Assembly: GCA_031398525.1 (NCBI GenBank)
Contig: JANNNL010000018.1
Span: 1,011-65,010 of the forward strand
Reading direction: 5' to 3'
From: Actinomycetes bacterium
GTDB lineage: Bacteria > Actinomycetota > Acidimicrobiia > Acidimicrobiales > Ilumatobacteraceae
Length of the DNA: 64,000 nucleotides
Both the position numbers and the translations under genes were made by a program. This document shows positions 58,170 through 64,000 of this stretch, piece by piece (the stretch's first letter is position 1; every line of letters begins with the position of its first letter). Below the pieces are notes generated by a model that saw nothing but the letters and a program-made list of their open reading frames with translations, made no database searches and was not told the origin of the DNA.

Positions 58170-60082
58170 GCGCAGCGAACACCGACCGAACTCCCGATGG
58201 CGATGGCGTCGAGCCGTTGCTTCGCCAGCGGTTGCAGCAACTCGCCGAATACGCCCCGAGCACGGTCGTCTATCCGGGTGAAGTGCGGCTCGCCTCGATC
58301 GCTCCGCCTCGGGCCAAGCGCCGGGCCTGGTTCCGTATCGGTGTCCCGCTCGTCGGCCTACTCGCCGCAGGCGGGGTGACCGCAATCGCCGCGACTGGGG
58401 AGAACACCGGTGGCGCTGTGACCCCGCAGGAGGCCGTTGAGCACCTGATGGCATCGGTCGAGGCCGAAGACGTGCTCGGCGCGCTCGACACCATGCTCCC
58501 CGAGGAGATCGCCGCGTTCCGGCACTCACTCGACGATGTGAAGTCGGAAGCGACCCGCGTCGGACTCCTCGACGAGAAGCTCTCGTTCTCCGGCGTGGCT
58601 GGACTAGACATCAAGGCCGAAGGTCTGCAGCTTGTCACCGAGGAACTTGGCGACAAGCTGGCGATCGTGCGGGCGACTGGCGGAACGATGACCACGTCGA
58701 TCGACCCAGCGACCTTCGCGTTCGGCCGGCCGCTGATGGACATCGTTGGCGATCAGCTCAAGCCGACCACCGCCGTCACCGACTTTGCTCGAGACTCCGT
58801 GTTCTTGGCGACAGTCGAGCGTGACGGCCGCTGGTACGTGAGCCTCACGTATTCGGCGGCCGAGGCGTTGCGCCGACAAAGCTCCGAGCCGCTCAACGTG
58901 CCACCGTCGCGCACCGACCCCGCTGAGGGGTTCGAGACGCCCGAGGCGGCCGCCGATGCCTTCTACCAGCGTCTGATCAATCTCGACCTGACCGGCATGA
59001 CCCGGCTGGTCGCTCCGGGTGAGGGCGACGCGTTCGCCCGCTATGCGCCGTTGTGGATTCCGGACGCAGATGCAGCGATTGACAGGGCTCGCGCCGAAGG
59101 CCTGACCCTGTCGATTGCCGGGTTGCGCACCGAGGCGACCGGATCCGGGTCGTCCCGGCGGGTTGATCCGGTGGAGTATCACATCAGCGGGACGACCCCG
59201 CCGACGTGGTTCAACTACGACTCCGGGATGCCCCCGTTCGATCCGGCACTGCCGACGATGGTCTTTGGGCCCAACGGCGAGACGTTCATCATCCCTGTCG
59301 ATGTCGCAATCCCCGAAACCACCGCCGGTCTCACTCCCGAGGAGTTCGACGGCTCATACCAGGTGAACTATCTGTCCACCGCTCCGAACGGGGTGATCGA
59401 ACGGCCAGTGCTCGCTGAGCCGGCTTCGGAGCCAACCGAGCCGTTGTCGTTCGCCATCGACTACACCGACGGATGTTCGCGATCGACGGGTCCAGCCGTG
59501 GACCAGTTGCTGGAATCAGGGTTTCCGAGCACCGACGGGACTCTCTCGTCGTGTGACACCGCTCAGCCGTTGGGAGTGTTTTCACTGATATTCCTCACCG
59601 GAGGCTTGGCCGCCATTGAGTTGCCACCCGTGGAGGTCGTCGAGTCCGCTGGTCGTTGGTATGTGTCGCCGATCGGGACGCTGATTGGCCAGGTCACTCG
59701 GTTGATTCGCCCGGGGGCCGACGGCGAGATCGGCATCGATAGCCCATTGGCTATCTACCTCTACCAGACGACCCGGCAGGGGATGGACGCGATGCTGGCG
59801 GCGATTCCGGCCGACCAACTCCCATCCGAGTGCTCGGCGATAGTCGAGTCGTCTTCGGGTTCGTACCAGCTACTGGAGAAGTTCGATGCCAAGCAGCTCA
59901 AGCCCTGCACCGGTGCGCTGGGCGGCGACTACGCATGGGCCGATGTGAGCGCCTCATCAGACGAGACAGCGCAGACGGTTTTCGTGACGACCGACGAGTC
60001 GGTCAGTGAAGTGGTCGCCGTCGAGGCGACGCCACCGGCCGCTCCGACCGAAGAACCGGCTTCGACGTTGGTCGAGGGCTGA
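58166..60082 (+). CDS. Single-pass membrane protein with large extracytoplasmic domain (putative anti-sigma factor)
   Basis: 4-nt overlap with the sigma gene. Short cytoplasmic N-terminus, one TM (WFRIGVPLVGLLAAGGVTAIAA) and an extracellular region of about 550 aa with no recognised family. Confidence 0.55.
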   Translation: MSAANTDRTPDGDGVEPLLRQRLQQLAEYAPSTVVYPGEVRLASIAPPRAKRRAWFRIGVPLVGLLAAGGVTAIAATGENTGGAVTPQEAVEHLMASVEAEDVLGALDTMLPEEIAAFRHSLDDVKSEATRVGLLDEKLSFSGVAGLDIKAEGLQLVTEELGDKLAIVRATGGTMTTSIDPATFAFGRPLMDIVGDQLKPTTAVTDFARDSVFLATVERDGRWYVSLTYSAAEALRRQSSEPLNVPPSRTDPAEGFETPEAAADAFYQRLINLDLTGMTRLVAPGEGDAFARYAPLWIPDADAAIDRARAEGLTLSIAGLRTEATGSGSSRRVDPVEYHISGTTPPTWFNYDSGMPPFDPALPTMVFGPNGETFIIPVDVAIPETTAGLTPEEFDGSYQVNYLSTAPNGVIERPVLAEPASEPTEPLSFAIDYTDGCSRSTGPAVDQLLESGFPSTDGTLSSCDTAQPLGVFSLIFLTGGLAAIELPPVEVVESAGRWYVSPIGTLIGQVTRLIRPGADGEIGIDSPLAIYLYQTTRQGMDAMLAAIPADQLPSECSAIVESSSGSYQLLEKFDAKQLKPCTGALGGDYAWADVSASSDETAQTVFVTTDESVSEVVAVEATPPAAPTEEPASTLVEG

Positions 60083-60132
60083 CGAACGAGGGAGAATGGG
60101 ACCTGCAACGACCCGATCGTGAAGGAGCCCGT

Positions 60133-61317
60133 ATGGCCGCCACAGACTCTCCTCGACGTACCGACGGTTGGTTGACGGCTGCCGATTGCCGTCTCGACGA
60201 GTTCATCGAGTTGGTCGAGACGCCGACTTCGCTCGCCGACTATCCACATGCCGTGGAGGTCGAACAGAACGTGGTGATCTACGACGCTTCGATGGTGGCG
60301 GGTCTTGCCGGAGACGACCGCCGATCGGTACAGGCCGAGTTGGTCGAGGTCTTCCTCAACGGGCCGGGCATCGCCGTGTTCAAGCGCGCATTTGCCGACC
60401 ATGACGTGATCGACGCGGCATCGGCGGTGTTCTGGACGATCATCGATGAACAACGGGCCTCGGGTACCGCGGCCGGCGACCACTTCGCCAAGCCTGGAGC
60501 GAACGATCGCATCTGGAACGCGCTCGAAAAGCTAGCGGTGCGCGACCCCCGGGCGTTCGTTGACTACTACGCCAACGACATCATCGCCCTGGTCTCGACC
60601 GCCTGGCTTGGCCCGGGCTATCAGGTCACCGCACAGGTCAACTGCGTCAACCCGGGCGGGGCAGCGCAGAGCCCGCATCGCGACTATCACGTCGGTTTCA
60701 TGACCGTCGACCGAGCGATGGAGTATCCGGCGCACGTGCACGGGCTGTCGCCGGTGCTGACGTTGCAGGGCGCGGTCGCCCACTGCGACATGCCCGTCGA
60801 GACCGGCCCGACGCTGTACCTGCCCCATTCCCAGAAGTACGCCCCCGGCTATCTGGCCTGGTGGCAGCCGGAATTCAAGGCGTACTTCGAGTCCCACTAT
60901 GTGCAGTTGCCCCTGGCCAAGGGCGACGTGGTGTTCTTCAATCCGGCGCTCTTTCATGCCGCCGGCGAGAACCGCACGACCGACGTTCGCCGACTTGGCA
61001 ACCTGCTGCAGGTTGGCTCGGCCTTCGGTCGTTCGATCGAGACGGTCGATCGCGAGACGATCGTCAACGCCATCTACCCGGCGCTCGCCGCCGCGGCACC
61101 GCGGCTGCCCGTCTGGGCGGTGGCCAATGTGGTTGCCGCCGGAGCCGAGGGGTACGCCTTCCCTACCGACCTTGATCGTGATCAACCGGTGGGTGGGCTC
61201 ACCCCACCGTCGATGAACGATCTCGTCGCCGACGCGCTACGCAATGGTTCGTCGCCCGAAGAGTTGGCGGTCGAACTTCGCGATCTCGCTATTCGCCGTC
61301 GCACATTCTTCGGTTGA
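60133..61317 (+). CDS. Phytanoyl-CoA dioxygenase (PhyH)-family Fe(II)/2-oxoglutarate oxygenase
   Basis: HRDYH (H-x-D facial triad candidate), distal FHAAGENRT and RR motifs. Confidence 0.7.
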   Translation: MAATDSPRRTDGWLTAADCRLDEFIELVETPTSLADYPHAVEVEQNVVIYDASMVAGLAGDDRRSVQAELVEVFLNGPGIAVFKRAFADHDVIDAASAVFWTIIDEQRASGTAAGDHFAKPGANDRIWNALEKLAVRDPRAFVDYYANDIIALVSTAWLGPGYQVTAQVNCVNPGGAAQSPHRDYHVGFMTVDRAMEYPAHVHGLSPVLTLQGAVAHCDMPVETGPTLYLPHSQKYAPGYLAWWQPEFKAYFESHYVQLPLAKGDVVFFNPALFHAAGENRTTDVRRLGNLLQVGSAFGRSIETVDRETIVNAIYPALAAAAPRLPVWAVANVVAAGAEGYAFPTDLDRDQPVGGLTPPSMNDLVADALRNGSSPEELAVELRDLAIRRRTFFG

Positions 61318-61350
61318 GGTCGCTCGCGACCAGCGGACGTACTGTTCGGC

Positions 61351-62616
61351 ATGGCCAAAGCATCGCCCTGGGATCAGCTCGTCGCCGGAGTCGAACTTCC
61401 GTTCCATCCTGATCTCATGGTTCCTGACCTCCACCAGGTCACCATCGACCTTCCGGACCCGTCGCCGATCGTCGACGTCGAGAAGGCTGCCCAGTACGCA
61501 GTCACGTCAACCTTCGCCGAGCATGTAACCCCGGGCATGACGGTCGCGGTTGGTGGTGGCAGTCGCGGCCTGACCAGCCGGGTCGAGTTGATGCGCGGGG
61601 CGATCAACGGCCTGCGGGAACTGGGGGCCGAGCCGTTCGTGGTTCCGGCAATGGGCAGCCACGGTGGAGCGACGGCCGAGGGGCAGCGCGAGATGCTCGA
61701 ACACCTCGGGATGACCGAGGAGGCGCTCGGAGCCGAGATCCGCGCCACAATGGAGACCGTCGTCGTCGCCCACACGCCGTCGGGCATGCCGCTCTACCTC
61801 GATCGTCACGCGGCGGGGGCGGACCGGATTTTGCCGGTCAATCGGATCAAGCCGCATACGTGTTTCAAAGGGCCGATTGAGTCGGGGGTGACCAAGATGG
61901 CCGTCGTCGGCTTCGGCAAGCAGCCGGGCGCGGCTCAGATTCACTCGTGTGGCCCGGTCGAGATGCGCGACCGGATCATCGACGGGATGACGGCGCTGAA
62001 GTCAACCGGACGGGTTCTTGGTGGCATCGGATCGATCGAATCGCCCGACGGCCGGGTCGCTCGGATCGAGGGTCTCACTGGGGCGCAGATGGGCACCGAC
62101 CACGAGATCGCCCTGATCGACTACGCCCGCGCGATGGTTCCCGCGCTGCCGTTCGGGACGATCGACGTGCTGATCATCGAGCAGATCGGTAAGGACATTT
62201 CGGGAACCTCGATGGACCCCAACGTCACCGGCCGATTCTGGGTGAACGGCCTGGCCGAGCCGGGCGTGGTCGACACGTCGACGATCGTGGTCCTCGGAAT
62301 GACCGAGGTCAGTGGTGGCAACGTGCTGGGCATTGGCTTGGCCGACTTCATCCCCTCGTCGCTGGCCCAGAAGATCGATTGGCAAAAGACCTACGTCAAC
62401 TGTTTCACGGCGGGCGCCGCTGGAGTTCGTCGCAGTCGTATGCCGATGGTGCTCCCCGACGAGCAGGCATGCATCAAAGCGGCGCTGAGCATGTGCGGCC
62501 GCGGCGTCACCGAACCCAAGCGAGTTGTCCGCATCCGCTCCACCCTCCACTTCAGCACCGCCTGGGTCAGCGACGCCATCCTCGCTGACCTCCCCTATCA
62601 CGTCCGTCCCATGTGA
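61351..62616 (+). CDS. LarA-like (DUF2088) domain protein
   Basis: AMGSHGG and NRIKPHTCFKGPIESGVTK resemble the LarA HR/EPH..G.sGG.K region. Assignment is tentative. Confidence 0.45.
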   Translation: MAKASPWDQLVAGVELPFHPDLMVPDLHQVTIDLPDPSPIVDVEKAAQYAVTSTFAEHVTPGMTVAVGGGSRGLTSRVELMRGAINGLRELGAEPFVVPAMGSHGGATAEGQREMLEHLGMTEEALGAEIRATMETVVVAHTPSGMPLYLDRHAAGADRILPVNRIKPHTCFKGPIESGVTKMAVVGFGKQPGAAQIHSCGPVEMRDRIIDGMTALKSTGRVLGGIGSIESPDGRVARIEGLTGAQMGTDHEIALIDYARAMVPALPFGTIDVLIIEQIGKDISGTSMDPNVTGRFWVNGLAEPGVVDTSTIVVLGMTEVSGGNVLGIGLADFIPSSLAQKIDWQKTYVNCFTAGAAGVRRSRMPMVLPDEQACIKAALSMCGRGVTEPKRVVRIRSTLHFSTAWVSDAILADLPYHVRPM

Positions 62617-62656
62617 TCACAGCCGCCGACGGCGCCTCAGGTCCGAAGATTCAGCG

Positions 62657-63058
62657 ATGAGTCTCGGAATCGGCATCGAAGGATGCCGCGGTGCTACTCG
62701 ACAACCCGCGTGTACCGTGCTGGAGGTGAGCATCGAGCCGGTGAATGTGGAGATCGAGCGCGACCGGGCGATGACGGTGACGTTCGATGACGGCGTCGTC
62801 TGCGTGTTCCCGGTCGAGGAACTCCGCAAGGCGTGTCCGTGTGCGACGTGCCGGTCGTTTCGTGACCGCGGCCAGGAGCCCTGGCCTCGCCCGGGCGGGG
62901 CGACGACCATCGCCGTGCGAGATGCCGAGTTCTCTGGGGCCTGGGGTATCTCGATCGAATGGACCGACGGTCACGCCACCGGGATCTATCCCTGGGAATC
63001 GCTTCGCCGCTGGCACGACGGCGTGAACTCACCGTTCTACGACGAGTCGGCCGGCTGA
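62657..63058 (+). CDS. DUF971 domain protein
   Basis: Pattern MTVTFDDGVVCVFPVEELRKACPCATC ... GISIEWTDGHATGIYPWESLR. Confidence 0.7.
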   Translation: MSLGIGIEGCRGATRQPACTVLEVSIEPVNVEIERDRAMTVTFDDGVVCVFPVEELRKACPCATCRSFRDRGQEPWPRPGGATTIAVRDAEFSGAWGISIEWTDGHATGIYPWESLRRWHDGVNSPFYDESAG

Positions 63059-63369
63059 CGCTTTGGTCCTGAGATCTCGTGTTCGCATCGTCGCGGCGGG
63101 ATCCGCGGCCGGTGGCGGTCAATCGTCGATCGCTCAGGTGGGAGACCAATCCGTCGCGACTCGGCAGGTTCCGCCGGTTACAACGACCGTCGGACTAGGT
63201 TCGGTCGAAAAGTGGGCAGAGCTGGACCGCTCAACCGCTATCAGTTGAACCGCAAGTTTGCGCCGTTCGTTGATGAAACCGACGGCGTGACGAAGCCGGG
63301 TGAAAGGCGGGCTACGGTTTCGATGGGGGAGTTCCGTCGAACACTGGAGGCTTAATGTCTTTGTCACGT

Positions 63370-64000
63370 ATGCGCTTCGGCATCTTTATGGCGCCGTTTC
63401 ATCCGGCCGGGGAGAACCCCACGCTGCTGATCGATCAGGATCTCGACCTGGTCGAGCACCTTGATCGGCTCGGCTACGACGAGGCGTGGATCGGGGAGCA
63501 TCACTCCGCCGGCAGCGAGGTGATCGCCTCACCCGAGATCTTCATCGCCGCCGCATCGCAGCGCACCCGCACGATCAAGTTGGCCACCGGCGTCACCAGC
63601 GCCAGCTATCACAACCCGCTGTGGGTGGCCGAACGTGCCGTCCAACTCGACCACCTTACCCGGGGCCGGTTCATTCTCGGGCTCGGCCCGGGGGCACTGC
63701 CGAGCGACGCGGCAATGATCGGTCTCGACATGCCCCAGACCCGCGAGTTGCTCGATGACGCCGTCGACATCATCGTGCGCCTGATGACCAGCGAAGACCC
63801 GGTGACGTTCAAGAACGATCGCTGGGATCTACGCGACGCCCGCCTCCACCTGCGGCCCTACACCCATCCTCATCCGGAAATGGCGATTGCCGCGGTCGCC
63901 TCGCCTGCGGGACCGCGGATCGCCGGACGCTACGGCATGGGCCTGTTGTCGATCGGTGCGACGACCGCGGCCGGTTTCGATGTGCTCGGGCTGCACTGGG
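63370..64000 (+). CDS. LLM-class flavin-dependent oxidoreductase (5' part; runs off the window)
   Basis: MRFGIFMAPFH...AWIGEHHS...LGLGPGAL. No stop before the window end, so it is absent from the ORF track. Confidence 0.8.
   Translation, partial: MRFGIFMAPFHPAGENPTLLIDQDLDLVEHLDRLGYDEAWIGEHHSAGSEVIASPEIFIAAASQRTRTIKLATGVTSASYHNPLWVAERAVQLDHLTRGRFILGLGPGALPSDAAMIGLDMPQTRELLDDAVDIIVRLMTSEDPVTFKNDRWDLRDARLHLRPYTHPHPEMAIAAVASPAGPRIAGRYGMGLLSIGATTAAGFDVLGLHW

Noticed and set aside
1-64000. Looked for CRISPR arrays, rRNA genes, prophage blocks and integrases
   Set aside because: No regularly spaced short repeats, no rRNA-like conserved stretches and no tyrosine/serine recombinase or phage structural motifs were seen in any frame.

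Overview
High-GC chromosomal segment, probably from an actinobacterium. This is inferred from F420/LLM-type oxidoreductases, a Ddn-like nitroreductase, Stf0 sulfotransferase, a DUF222-HNH gene, an LPXTG surface protein and an ECF sigma/anti-sigma pair. Most of the window is ordinary metabolism and transport: amidohydrolases, an epoxide hydrolase, a thiolase-like/DUF35 operon, a crotonase, a ZnuABC-like metal importer, MATE, MFS, MoxR-DUF58-VWA, an M20 peptidase and an SDR. The clearest accessory element is a 9.1-kb type I restriction-modification islet (24866-34023) bracketed by a perfect 29-bp direct repeat. It sits in what reconstructs as a 55-bp divergent promoter gap. It encodes an intact HsdR with a C-terminal AlbA_2/Schlafen-like domain, the remnant of an ABC-like ATPase, a DUF222-HNH endonuclease, and hsdS and hsdM. 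As sequenced, hsdS and hsdM are broken by +1 insertions in G/C runs. The same +1 signature breaks an amidohydrolase and an EamA transporter elsewhere, so real decay, phase variation and assembly error cannot be told apart from this sequence. Other points of interest: an uncharacterised ~115-aa 'LDTR' repeat module shared by two large secreted proteins, one fused to PG-binding and L,D-transpeptidase domains; a pair of paralogous Cys-containing secreted proteins; two thiolase-like proteins that appear to lack the catalytic Cys and His; a membrane protein/cupredoxin/lipoprotein operon; and a decayed stretch (about 7-15 kb) with an IS110 remnant, a histidine-kinase fragment and an internally deleted hydrolase. 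I found no rRNA, convincing tRNA or CRISPR array. Many long ORFs in the track are antisense shadow ORFs typical of high-GC DNA and are not called.
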